Source: an archaeon (GTDB lineage: Archaea > Nanobdellota > Nanobdellia > Woesearchaeales > UBA9642). From it: a stretch of DNA of 64,000 nucleotides. The position numbers and the translations under genes are program-made. The first letter of the stretch is position 1, and each line of letters starts with the position of its first letter. This document shows, one piece after another, positions 41,873 to 50,676 of this stretch. The notes under the pieces were generated by a model, which was given only the letters and a program-made list of their open reading frames with translations, was not told where the DNA came from and made no database searches. The stretch lies in assembly GCA_043806035.1 (NCBI GenBank), contig JAZDHK010000033.1, positions 33,003 to 97,002 of the forward strand. Direction: 5' to 3'.

Positions 41873-43261
41873 ATGAGTGAACGGTTCGATCACAAAAATG
41901 AGGAAACGCCGGATAGCTATATTTACAAGGCAATTCCTGGCTTGACTGAAGAGCTCATCCGAGAGATTTCAAAGCAGAAGAACGAGCCTGAATGGATGCT
42001 GCAAAAACGGCTCAAAGGCCTTGCGGCGTTCAACAGCATGCCTCTCCCTTCTTGGGGGCCCGACCTTGCAAAACTTGACTTCAGCAAGATAACCTTCTTT
42101 GCCAGGCCAAATGCCGCAAAGAATGCCAAGCAGTGGGAGGACGTCCCTGAAAAGATCAAGCAGACGTTCGAACGATTAGGCATTCCCGAGGCCGAGCGCA
42201 AAGCACTCAGTGGCGTTGGTGCACAATACGAAAGTGAAGTCGTCTATCACAACCTCAAGAAAGAATGGGAAGACCAAGGAGTCATTTTCTTGGACATGGA
42301 TGAAGCACTGCACACCCATCCTGAGCTGGTGAAGCACCACTTTATGACCAACTGTGTCCCCATCACCGATCACAAGTTCGCAGCACTGCATGCGGCAGTC
42401 TGGAGCGGAGGAACCTTTTTGTACGTGCCCAAGGGAGTGCACGTCTCCATGCCCTTGCAAGCGTATTTTCGTATGAATGCAGCAAAAATGGGCCAGTTCG
42501 AACACACCCTCATCATCATAGAAGATGACGCGCAAGCACACTACATCGAAGGCTGCTCCGCTCCGCAATACAATGACAATTCCCTCCATGCCGGATGCGT
42601 CGAGATCTACGTCAAGAAAAATGCACGCATGCGCTACAGCAGCGTTGAGAATTGGTCAAGGAACACGTACAACCTCAACACGAAACGCGCCATCGTGGAA
42701 GAAAATGGAATCATTGAATGGGTGAACGGAAATCTTGGCAGCTGTGTCACCCTGCTCTATCCCTGCAGTATCCTTAAAGGAAAAGGCGCCAGGGCGGACT
42801 TTTTAGGAATTGCAATGGCAGGGAAAGGACAGAACCAAGACACAGGTGCCAAGGTATTTCATCTAGCATCGCACACCTCCTCAACCATAACAAGCAAGAG
42901 CATCAGCAAGGATGGTGGCATTACTTCCTATAGAGGAATATTGCGCATTGCCAAGACGGCGAAGCAATGCACGTCCAGCGTACAGTGCGATGCGCTCATG
43001 ATCGATGCGGGAAGTCAGAGCAACACGTATCCCGTCATTGCTGTCCAGGAAGAAGATGCCCAGGTTGTTCACGAGGCGACCGTAGGAAGGATTGGTCCGG
43101 AGCAAATATTCTACCTACAGAGCAGAGGATTAAGTGAACAGGAAGCCAAGCAGATGATCGTCTCAGGATTCATAGAACCCATCGTCAAAGAACTCCCGCT
43201 AGAATATGCCGTTGAGCTCAACAGGCTCATAGAACTCGAGATGGAGGGCAGTCTCGGATGA
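41873..43261 (+). CDS. sufB: Fe-S cluster assembly protein SufB
   Basis: Full-length SufB-like sequence. GAAGGAG SD. TTTAAATA box about 50 nt upstream. Confidence 0.93.
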   Translation: MSERFDHKNEETPDSYIYKAIPGLTEELIREISKQKNEPEWMLQKRLKGLAAFNSMPLPSWGPDLAKLDFSKITFFARPNAAKNAKQWEDVPEKIKQTFERLGIPEAERKALSGVGAQYESEVVYHNLKKEWEDQGVIFLDMDEALHTHPELVKHHFMTNCVPITDHKFAALHAAVWSGGTFLYVPKGVHVSMPLQAYFRMNAAKMGQFEHTLIIIEDDAQAHYIEGCSAPQYNDNSLHAGCVEIYVKKNARMRYSSVENWSRNTYNLNTKRAIVEENGIIEWVNGNLGSCVTLLYPCSILKGKGARADFLGIAMAGKGQNQDTGAKVFHLASHTSSTITSKSISKDGGITSYRGILRIAKTAKQCTSSVQCDALMIDAGSQSNTYPVIAVQEEDAQVVHEATVGRIGPEQIFYLQSRGLSEQEAKQMIVSGFIEPIVKELPLEYAVELNRLIELEMEGSLG

Positions 43262-44220
43262 AATCACGTACATATGGGTTGGGAGTGTACACGGATCTTT
43301 CTGTGTACGGTGCGCAGGAGCTCAGAAAGAAACTCACGCGGGCAACTCAAGAAGTAGTATTGCCTTATCCGAAGAATGATCTTGCAGAGCTTGCCTATGT
43401 GCACGTTTCAGAACAGGTACGCGTGCTCATAAAGGAAAAGAACGAACAGCACACATTCCTTTTGGATAAGACAAGCAAGCCGTGCAGTTTCATCACCATC
43501 AACGTGGGCAAGGGTTGTAGCGGAACGGTGGTTCTGCACAGTACAGGGGAAGGCAGGTTCGGTTCGAGCGTTGTTCGTGTTGTTCTTGAAGAACGTGCAG
43601 CACTGGCCGTGTATGCACTCCATGATGCGGCAGTTTCCTTATTCTATGCAGAGCAGGAAAGTAGACTGGAGGAGCGGGCAGTTCTCGGATGGACGGACAT
43701 CGTCCTTTCGGGCAGCACGGTGATAAGCGAGACAACGACAACACTCGCAGGCAACAGTGCACGAGCAGAACAACATGCTTGCTTTCTGGCAAAAGACGCC
43801 CAGTATGACATTGCCAGCACGGTCATTCATGAACGAGCAGACACGAAGAGCAATGTTGCCATCAAAGGCGTCTGCTTTTCAGGAAGTGCTCTCTTCAGAG
43901 GGCTGATCAAGATATTGCCTGCAGCAACGGGCAGTGATGGCTATCAGAAGTCAGACATCCTTTTGCTTTCGCAACAGGCAAAGGCAAACGTCATCCCCAC
44001 GCTCGAGATCCAGAATGCAGACGTCAAATGCTCGCACGGAGCGACGATTGCACCGCACAATCCTGAAAAACTATTCTATCTCATGAGCAGAGGCCTGTCA
44101 AAGAGCGAGGCATTGCAACTCCTCCTGACCGGCTTTTTTGAGCCGCTCACTCAGACATTTCCAGAAAGCATAAAAAACCTCCTACAAGAAAGAGTGGCAA
44201 GAGAGGCAGAACATGCATGA
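43258..44220 (+). CDS. sufD: Fe-S cluster assembly protein SufD
   Basis: SufB/D C-terminal beta-helix (ATIAPHNPEKLFYLMSRGLS). ATGA overlap. Confidence 0.88.
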   Translation: MKSRTYGLGVYTDLSVYGAQELRKKLTRATQEVVLPYPKNDLAELAYVHVSEQVRVLIKEKNEQHTFLLDKTSKPCSFITINVGKGCSGTVVLHSTGEGRFGSSVVRVVLEERAALAVYALHDAAVSLFYAEQESRLEERAVLGWTDIVLSGSTVISETTTTLAGNSARAEQHACFLAKDAQYDIASTVIHERADTKSNVAIKGVCFSGSALFRGLIKILPAATGSDGYQKSDILLLSQQAKANVIPTLEIQNADVKCSHGATIAPHNPEKLFYLMSRGLSKSEALQLLLTGFFEPLTQTFPESIKNLLQERVAREAEHA

Positions 44221-45358
44221 TTTTCCCTTGCTGAAAAACATCACGTACTTGGACAGTGCAGCAACAACCCAGACTCCCGTTCAGGTCGTGCAAGCAATGG
44301 CAGACTACTATGAACACTATAGATCAAACACGCATCGTGGGCTGTATGCGTTGAGTGAGCGCGCAACGGAAGCGTACGAGCGCACAAGAACCGATGTTGC
44401 AAGCTTGCTCGGAAAGCATCCTGAAGAGATTATCTTCACACAAAGCACAACCTATGCCCTGAACATGCTGTCGTTCATGCTCGAAAAGCTGCTCACAAAA
44501 AAAGACACCATCCTGATTTCCGAAATGGAGCATCACAGCAACTACCTGCCCTGGAAACGCCTTTGCGAACGAACGGGAGCACGACTGGAAGTCATCCCGT
44601 TGACAGATAATGGTTTGTTGGATCAGGGAGCAATCGAAGAGTTGCTCCCATCAGCGAAAATACTTGCCCTCACGCAAGCATCAAACGTGCTCGGCACAAC
44701 AAATCCTGGCAGCATATTTGAGAAGGCACGCCAGCAAGGAACGATAACCGTGCTTGATGCCGCACAATCCCTGCCACACTTGCTCACGGCCAAAGCAGAC
44801 TTCATCGCCTGTTCTGCCCACAAGATGCTCGGGCCCACGGGAGTTGGCGTGCTTGCAGGCAAGAAGGACCTATTAGAGACACTCGACCCTCCCTTCGTGG
44901 GAGGAGGCATGGTGGCAAATGTCAAACCAGAACAGTGGATGGAGCTTCCATTGAAGTTCGAGGCAGGAACACAGAACATAGCAGGAGTCATCGGCTGGGG
45001 AGAGGCAATAGCATACTTGCGCAAACACCGAGACTTGCTCGAGAGAAAGGACAAAGAAATCACTGCCCATTTCCTCGCGCACAAACCAGACTATCTAGAA
45101 CTCTACGGACCGACAACAGCAAAGAACCGCCTGCCCATCTTCAGCTTCAACCTACAAGGCATACACTGTCATGACGTTGCATCGATGCTTGCGCAGAACG
45201 GCATTTGCGTCAGGGCAGGCCATCACTGCGCCATCCCCATCATGCGCCGCTACAAAACGCAAGGCATGGTTCGTGCAAGCGCACACCTCTACAACACCAC
45301 ACAGGACATAGACGCACTCTTCAAAAGCATAGAGCGGATACGGAAGCGATTTGCATGA
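44213..45358 (+). CDS. sufS: cysteine desulfurase SufS
   Basis: CSAHKMLGPTGVGVL, RAGHHCA. Confidence 0.9.
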   Translation: MHDFPLLKNITYLDSAATTQTPVQVVQAMADYYEHYRSNTHRGLYALSERATEAYERTRTDVASLLGKHPEEIIFTQSTTYALNMLSFMLEKLLTKKDTILISEMEHHSNYLPWKRLCERTGARLEVIPLTDNGLLDQGAIEELLPSAKILALTQASNVLGTTNPGSIFEKARQQGTITVLDAAQSLPHLLTAKADFIACSAHKMLGPTGVGVLAGKKDLLETLDPPFVGGGMVANVKPEQWMELPLKFEAGTQNIAGVIGWGEAIAYLRKHRDLLERKDKEITAHFLAHKPDYLELYGPTTAKNRLPIFSFNLQGIHCHDVASMLAQNGICVRAGHHCAIPIMRRYKTQGMVRASAHLYNTTQDIDALFKSIERIRKRFA

Positions 45359-45720
45359 ATCTATACAGAGAAATCATCATGGACCACTTCAAGCATCCGA
45401 GAAATGTGGGTAGCATTCCTGACGGCATAACGCAGAATGAAGTCAATCCCTTGTGCGGGGATAGCACCACGCTTTCCTTGTGCATTCAAGATAGACGGAT
45501 AACTGACGCAAAGCACATAACGAAAGGCTGCGCGATCAGCATAGCATCCATGTCATTGCTCACCGAGCACATCAAAGGCAAGAGCGTCGATGAAATCCAG
45601 GCGATGACTGCAGATGACATGTTCACGCTCATAGGAACGAATCCCGGATCGGCAAGGCTCAAATGCGTGCTCCTCCCCTTATCGACGCTCAAAACAGCAT
45701 TGGCACGAGGAAAACCATGA
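45355..45720 (+). CDS. sufU: SufU/IscU-like sulfur acceptor
   Basis: HFKHPRNVG, NPLCGD, KGCAIS. ATGA overlap with the sufS stop. Confidence 0.88.
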   Translation: MNLYREIIMDHFKHPRNVGSIPDGITQNEVNPLCGDSTTLSLCIQDRRITDAKHITKGCAISIASMSLLTEHIKGKSVDEIQAMTADDMFTLIGTNPGSARLKCVLLPLSTLKTALARGKP

Positions 45721-46454
45721 CAGAGCTACTCAAAATAAGCGATTTGCACGTACGCGTTGAGGAAAAAGACATTTTGAAAGGAGTGAGTTTCTCGATCAAG
45801 AAAGGAGAGATTGTTGCCCTGATGGGTCCCAATGGTTCAGGCAAGAGCACACTGAGCCAGGCCATCATGGGAAATCCTAACTTCACCATCTCAAAAGGAG
45901 ATGTGCTGTTTGAGGGAAAGAGCATACAACCGCTACGTCCTGACGAGCGATCCAAGCTCGGCATATTCCTCAGCTTCCAATATCCCGTAGAAATTCCTGG
46001 TGTGACACTATCCCACTTCTTACGAGCAGCCATCAATGCGCGGCGAGAACAAAAAATGCCCGTTGCAGAATTCATGCAGGCACTCAACAAAAACCTCGCC
46101 CTGCTGCACATGGACAAATCCTTTGCGGACAGGTACGTACATGCGGGTTTTAGTGGTGGTGAGAAGAAGATGACGGAAATACTGCAGCTCGCCCTGCTGC
46201 AGCCAAAACTGGCAATTCTTGATGAGACCGATTCGGGGCTGGACATCGATGCACTCAAGCACGTTGCTGAAGGAATAACTTCAGTCAAGACACCAGACAG
46301 GGGCATACTCATCATCACGCACTATCAGCGAATGCTTAATTACGTGCGTCCTGATCGCGTGCTGATCATGCTCGACGGTTGCATCAAGGAACAGGGAGGT
46401 CCTGAACTTGTTGAGAAGCTGGAAAAGCAGGGCTATGATTGGTTGAGAACGTGA
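45717..46454 (+). CDS. sufC: Fe-S cluster assembly ATPase SufC
   Basis: Walker A GPNGSGKST, signature FSGGEKK, Walker B LAILDETDSGLD. ATGA overlap. Confidence 0.93.
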   Translation: MTELLKISDLHVRVEEKDILKGVSFSIKKGEIVALMGPNGSGKSTLSQAIMGNPNFTISKGDVLFEGKSIQPLRPDERSKLGIFLSFQYPVEIPGVTLSHFLRAAINARREQKMPVAEFMQALNKNLALLHMDKSFADRYVHAGFSGGEKKMTEILQLALLQPKLAILDETDSGLDIDALKHVAEGITSVKTPDRGILIITHYQRMLNYVRPDRVLIMLDGCIKEQGGPELVEKLEKQGYDWLRT

Positions 46455-47101
46455 GATGTTCTGCACGTGTTCTGAACAATGTGCAGCTTACACCGACGGT
46501 GTGGCGACTCACCATACTTCTCGATGAGGACATTACGTGCAAACCAGGGCAGTATATGAGTTTTGAATTCGAGGAAAACGGCAGCATCTTTCGTAGGCCG
46601 TACAGTGTCCTCGCCCAACTTGATATGAGACAGCTCGAATTTCTCGTCAAAAGAAAAGGGAAGTTCAGCAGTCTGCTCTGTGATGTACGTGCGAGCCAAA
46701 AATTGACAATACTCGGGCCTTTCGGCAAATTCTTGCTCGAGCCTGCGCAACAGATGATATTCATTGCAACAAGCACAGGACTCTCTCCCCTGTTCTGCAT
46801 GCTCTCTACACGACCAGCAGGCAAGTCATGGCTGTTCTTTGGCGCAAGGACAGAAGAGGAACTGCTGCTGCACGACCAATTGTCGCAGCTCGACATCACC
46901 TACCTGCCCATTCTGAGCAGGTCTCCGCAGTGGCGGGGCGAGCAAGGACACGTCCAGGACGCACTGGCCAGGCACTGGAGTGCAGTTGCTGACGGTGTTT
47001 TTTACATTTGCGGCGGCAAAGGCATGGTCGATGACGTACGCGCATTCCTCGAAGGCAAGGGAGTTCCCGAGGAAAGAATAAAATTTGAAGAATACACCTG
47101 A
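46451..47101 (+). CDS. ferredoxin-NADP reductase-like FAD/NAD(P)-binding oxidoreductase
   Basis: RPYSV (FAD-binding RxYS) and ATSTGLSP (NAD-binding). GTGA overlap with the sufC stop (TTG 46439 is an alternative start). Confidence 0.8.
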   Translation: MRCSARVLNNVQLTPTVWRLTILLDEDITCKPGQYMSFEFEENGSIFRRPYSVLAQLDMRQLEFLVKRKGKFSSLLCDVRASQKLTILGPFGKFLLEPAQQMIFIATSTGLSPLFCMLSTRPAGKSWLFFGARTEEELLLHDQLSQLDITYLPILSRSPQWRGEQGHVQDALARHWSAVADGVFYICGGKGMVDDVRAFLEGKGVPEERIKFEEYT

Positions 47102-47124
47102 GTGCTGTTTCCTTGCAAGAATAT

Positions 47125-47982
47125 TCATATTTCCTTTTTCTTCAGCAGAGGTGTGACGTCGACATTGCTGATGTCTTGCTCGACGAGCGCTTGCTTGGCA
47201 ATTTGCGGTAGGCCATCGCCGTACGTCGGCTTGCTCGTCTTGTAGAACAAGCCAATAGGCAATTTTTCGTATTCTCTTGCTTTTTTGTGCGCTGCCTCGA
47301 AATCAGCAACATCATGCTTTGTTTCTTCTAGCTTGTACACGTTGGCCTTGTAATAGTCGAAGGTGTTTACTGTATTAAAGGATAGGCACGGCTGGAACAC
47401 GTCAATCAATGAGAACCCTTTGTGTTTGATTCCCTCGGTGATAAGATTGACGAGGTGCACAGTGTCTCCCGCGAATCCTCGGGCAATGTACGTTGCTCCC
47501 GCATCGAGCGCTAATGTCAACGGATTTATGGGCTCCTCCAATGTGCCGTCGGGCGTCGATTTGCTCTTGTATCCTTTCCCTGATGTCGGTGACGTTTGGC
47601 CTTTCGTCAGCCCATACACTTGATTGTTGTGCACGACATATGTGATGTCAATGTTTCGTCGCATGGCGTGAATGAAATGACTGAGCCCTATGCCGTAAGC
47701 ATCACCATCACCGCCTGCAGCGATGACCGTGAGCTTGTGGTTGCAGAGCTTTATGGCAGTTGCCACGGGCAGTGTCCTGCCATGGATACTTTCAAAGCCG
47801 TACACATGCACGTAATGCGGCGTTTTTCCCGAGCAGCCAATGCCTGAGACGAGAACAATATCCTTGGGTGCAACGCCTATTTTTGCAATTGCCTGCTTGA
47901 GCGCGAGCAGTATCCCGTAATTGCCACAGCCAGGGCACCATTGTGGATGAACGCTTGTTGTGAGTTCTTGGAAGGTAGTCAT
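47125..47982 (-). CDS. 2-oxoacid:ferredoxin oxidoreductase, beta (TPP-binding) subunit
   Basis: WCPGCGNYGIL, GGDGDAYGIG. Confidence 0.9.
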   Translation of the reverse strand: MTTFQELTTSVHPQWCPGCGNYGILLALKQAIAKIGVAPKDIVLVSGIGCSGKTPHYVHVYGFESIHGRTLPVATAIKLCNHKLTVIAAGGDGDAYGIGLSHFIHAMRRNIDITYVVHNNQVYGLTKGQTSPTSGKGYKSKSTPDGTLEEPINPLTLALDAGATYIARGFAGDTVHLVNLITEGIKHKGFSLIDVFQPCLSFNTVNTFDYYKANVYKLEETKHDVADFEAAHKKAREYEKLPIGLFYKTSKPTYGDGLPQIAKQALVEQDISNVDVTPLLKKKEI

Positions 47983-49709
47983 TGTTTCACCAATGCCTGC
48001 ACTCTTTCTTGGATGTCTTCCGGATAAAACGGCCTGCCGTCATACTTGAGGTAGGTGTTTGGGATGAAGATGCCTGTCTGCTGGAACAGCCAATCTCTGA
48101 ACTGTGCGAGACTGTTGCCTTCAACAACGATGGTCTTTTCAGGATTGGTGATGAGTTTTTTGGTCTCCTCGACAGGGAAGGGTGTGATGTAGGTATAGTG
48201 GATGAGTCGTGCCTTGATGCCTTTCCTTTCCAGGAAGCCGAGCGCTTCACGCGCAGGTCCTTTCGTCGATCCCCACGTGACGATAGTGTACTCTCCTTCT
48301 CCCATGACTCTGGGCTTGATGAGCGCGAGGGGAATGCTTTGTAGTTTTTTCATGCGCTTATCCGTCATGTGGACATGCATGAGCGGATCCTCTGATGTCT
48401 TGCCTCGCTCATCGTGCTCATAACTCGAGCAGACATACAGACAGTTTTGTTGGCCGGGCAGTGCGCGTGGAGAAATGCCGTCTGCTGTGAATTCGTGCCT
48501 CTGGTAGTCTGTCTGTCGTGCGGCTTCTTCGTTCGTGAGCAATTTTCCGCGAGTGATGGGGATTGCTGTCTTGAATGAGGGTGTTGTTTTTGCTGATGTT
48601 GCTAATTGCTTGTCTGACAAGATGATGACGGGAACTTGCAGTCCTTCTGCAACGTTGAATGCATTGACCGTTTCATAGAAGCATTCTTCCACATCCCCCG
48701 GCGCGATAACAACTCGGGGAAATTCGTCCTGTGATGCGTGCAGCATGAATCGCAAATCACCTTGTCCTGTATAGGTGGGTAAGCCTGTGCTCGGACCTGG
48801 GCGCTGCACTTCGACAACAACCAAGGGCACTTCCGTCAGGCCTGCCATGCCAAGCGCCTCGGTCATGAGCGAGAATCCACCGCCTGACGTGCCTGTCATG
48901 GCCCTAACCCCGCTATAATTTGCGCCTATGGCCATGAGGATTGCTGCCAGCTCATCCTCGGTGTGCTTGACGACAATGTTGTAGTTGTTTTGTTGCGCAG
49001 CAAGCACGTGCAGGATGCTGCTTGCTGGCGTCATGGGATATGCTGAATAGAACTTGCAGCCCGCCTTGAGGGCGCCGTAGCTGATGGCTTCATTGCCGTC
49101 GATGAGTGTGTTCGTCTCATGCGCAACTTCTTGGATGGTGTGCTTGAATGTTTTGTTCTGCACGGCATCATAGCCTTTCCTGATGGCGACCATGTTGTCC
49201 TGGATGACCTTTTCTGTCTTCTTGGCGAATTGCTTGCGAATGACTGCCTCCAAATGCTTGAGGTCTATTTTGAGCAGGCCCGTAACTGCACCGAATGCAA
49301 TGGTGTTTGCATAGATAGCGTTGCCCACCTCTAATGCCATTTTTTTGAGCGGCAAGCCATGCAAGATAACGTCTTTGCGGACAAGCGCACTAACATCTAA
49401 CTCCACGCGTCCCGTGTCATAAATGATGGCTCCCTGCTCTGATAGCTCCATATGGTGCTTGGTTATGGTCTGTGCATCCAATGCGATGAGAATGTCTATT
49501 TGCTTGATGCAGGAATGCAACTCTTGCTCTTCTGCTCTGATGAGGACGGTGTTGTGTCCTCCTTTGATCAGCGAAGGATAGTCAGACTGCATGAAGATGT
49601 GTAATCCTGCATGCTGCAATGCCTGGGCGCAGAGGCTGCCGATGGTCATGATGCCCCATCCTGCCTCGCCACCAACCTTGATAGAAACTTTGTTGACTGT
49701 CATGCTCAC
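47979..49709 (-). CDS. 2-oxoacid:ferredoxin oxidoreductase, fused gamma-alpha subunit
   Basis: N-terminal gamma-like domain plus alpha domain (AYPMTPAS, GGGFSLM). 4-nt overlap with the beta subunit. Confidence 0.9.
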   Translation of the reverse strand: MSMTVNKVSIKVGGEAGWGIMTIGSLCAQALQHAGLHIFMQSDYPSLIKGGHNTVLIRAEEQELHSCIKQIDILIALDAQTITKHHMELSEQGAIIYDTGRVELDVSALVRKDVILHGLPLKKMALEVGNAIYANTIAFGAVTGLLKIDLKHLEAVIRKQFAKKTEKVIQDNMVAIRKGYDAVQNKTFKHTIQEVAHETNTLIDGNEAISYGALKAGCKFYSAYPMTPASSILHVLAAQQNNYNIVVKHTEDELAAILMAIGANYSGVRAMTGTSGGGFSLMTEALGMAGLTEVPLVVVEVQRPGPSTGLPTYTGQGDLRFMLHASQDEFPRVVIAPGDVEECFYETVNAFNVAEGLQVPVIILSDKQLATSAKTTPSFKTAIPITRGKLLTNEEAARQTDYQRHEFTADGISPRALPGQQNCLYVCSSYEHDERGKTSEDPLMHVHMTDKRMKKLQSIPLALIKPRVMGEGEYTIVTWGSTKGPAREALGFLERKGIKARLIHYTYITPFPVEETKKLITNPEKTIVVEGNSLAQFRDWLFQQTGIFIPNTYLKYDGRPFYPEDIQERVQALVKQ

Positions 49710-49875
49710 CTCACGTCGTTGTCGTCTTGCAGGATGTTTATATAGGTTGCGGTCAAATCAACTGATTTTACACGTTAGCGGGCTTGCAGTCCACTGTACA
49801 ATTTTCTGTATTGAACTTGCAGAACTGTGGGACTGAATGTCGCACGCTTTTTTGATTAAACTTTTCGCAAAAGTT

Positions 49876-49891
49876 TATGGACGAGGCGGGA
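49876..49891. repeat. 15/16 copy of the tRNA-Ala 3' end (TATGGACGAGGCGGGA)
   Basis: Direct repeat of 49989-50004 (TATGGACAAGGCGGGA), 113 bp away. Confidence 0.7.
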
Positions 49892-49990
49892 CGCAAGAAA
49901 TGCTGTGGCATTTCTGCGCGTCAGAAACTTTGTTTCTGAACGTTTGAACCCGTTCAAATCAAGACGAAAACTCAAACGAATTACTTGCTA

Positions 49991-50064
49991 TGGACAAGGC
50001 GGGATTTGAACCCGCGGCCTCACCGTTGCGAACGGTGCGCTCTACCGAGCTGAGCTACTTGCCC
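49991..50064 (-). tRNA. tRNA-Ala (anticodon CGC)
   Basis: Full cloverleaf: GGGCAAG acceptor with the G3:U70 Ala identity pair, anticodon arm CACCG-TTCGCAA-CGGTG, T arm GCGGG-TTCAAAT-CCCGC. Confidence 0.92.
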
Positions 50065-50199
50065 ATGGTGTTGGAAACCCTTACGTTCTTTAAAAAAGTT
50101 CACAATCTCTTTGTTCTGCAGTCACACCGCAAATCGCTCATTAATGTCACTGTTGAGTGGTTATGAAACGAAACCTTTATAAACTCAGGCAATTTGGTA

Positions 50200-50508
50200 A
50201 TGTCCATGACGACCTTAGTCATGGAACTGGCAAAGAGTGCAAAGACTGCAACAACAGTGGGAATTGGATGTTTTGGGGCAGGGCTTGCCTGCGGTCTTGC
50301 AGGATATGATGCTGTTAACGACCCACTTATACCAATCATGGCAGCTAGCGTGGGTCTCGAAGCCACAGTTTGCGCTGTACAAAGAGCGGTCGATTTTGGG
50401 GGTGCGGGATCGGCCTTCGTTGGTGCAGAAGCTGGACTTGGCTTTGGCGCAGTATGCAGCTCAGCAGGTTATATCCTCGGTACGGGTATCCGTTACTTTA
50501 CTAATTGA
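50200..50508 (+). CDS. Gly/Ala-rich (glycine-zipper) small protein, hypothetical
   Basis: ORF between two tRNAs. CTTTATAAAC box about 20 nt upstream. GIGCFGAGLACGLAG ... GGAGSAFVGAEAGLGFGAV. Confidence 0.5.
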   Translation: MSMTTLVMELAKSAKTATTVGIGCFGAGLACGLAGYDAVNDPLIPIMAASVGLEATVCAVQRAVDFGGAGSAFVGAEAGLGFGAVCSSAGYILGTGIRYFTN

Positions 50509-50589
50509 TGCTACACGATGTGTAGTCTTAGACATTGTGTTTTCAAACTAATTTTATCTTTGCAACAAGGAGAATGTTGATATCTACTA

Positions 50590-50660
50590 TGGGACTGCTG
50601 GGAATCGGACCCAGGTCAGGCGGCCCCGAACCGCCGATGATACCACTACACTACAGCCCC
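50590..50660 (-). tRNA. tRNA-Pro (anticodon CGG), atypical T-loop
   Basis: Acceptor GGGGCTG/CAGTCCC, anticodon arm GGCGG-TTCGGGG-CCGCC, T arm CTGGG-TCCGATT-CCCAG (C at position 55). 3-bp D stem. Confidence 0.7.
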
Positions 50661-50676
50661 GCGGTATTTTTCAGAA

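Noticed and set aside
49991-50660. An integrated mobile element or prophage between tRNA-Ala and tRNA-Pro
   Set aside because: Only about 525 bp separate the tRNAs, with one small ORF and no integrase or repeats bounding the interval. The tRNA-3'-end repeat lies on the other side of tRNA-Ala.
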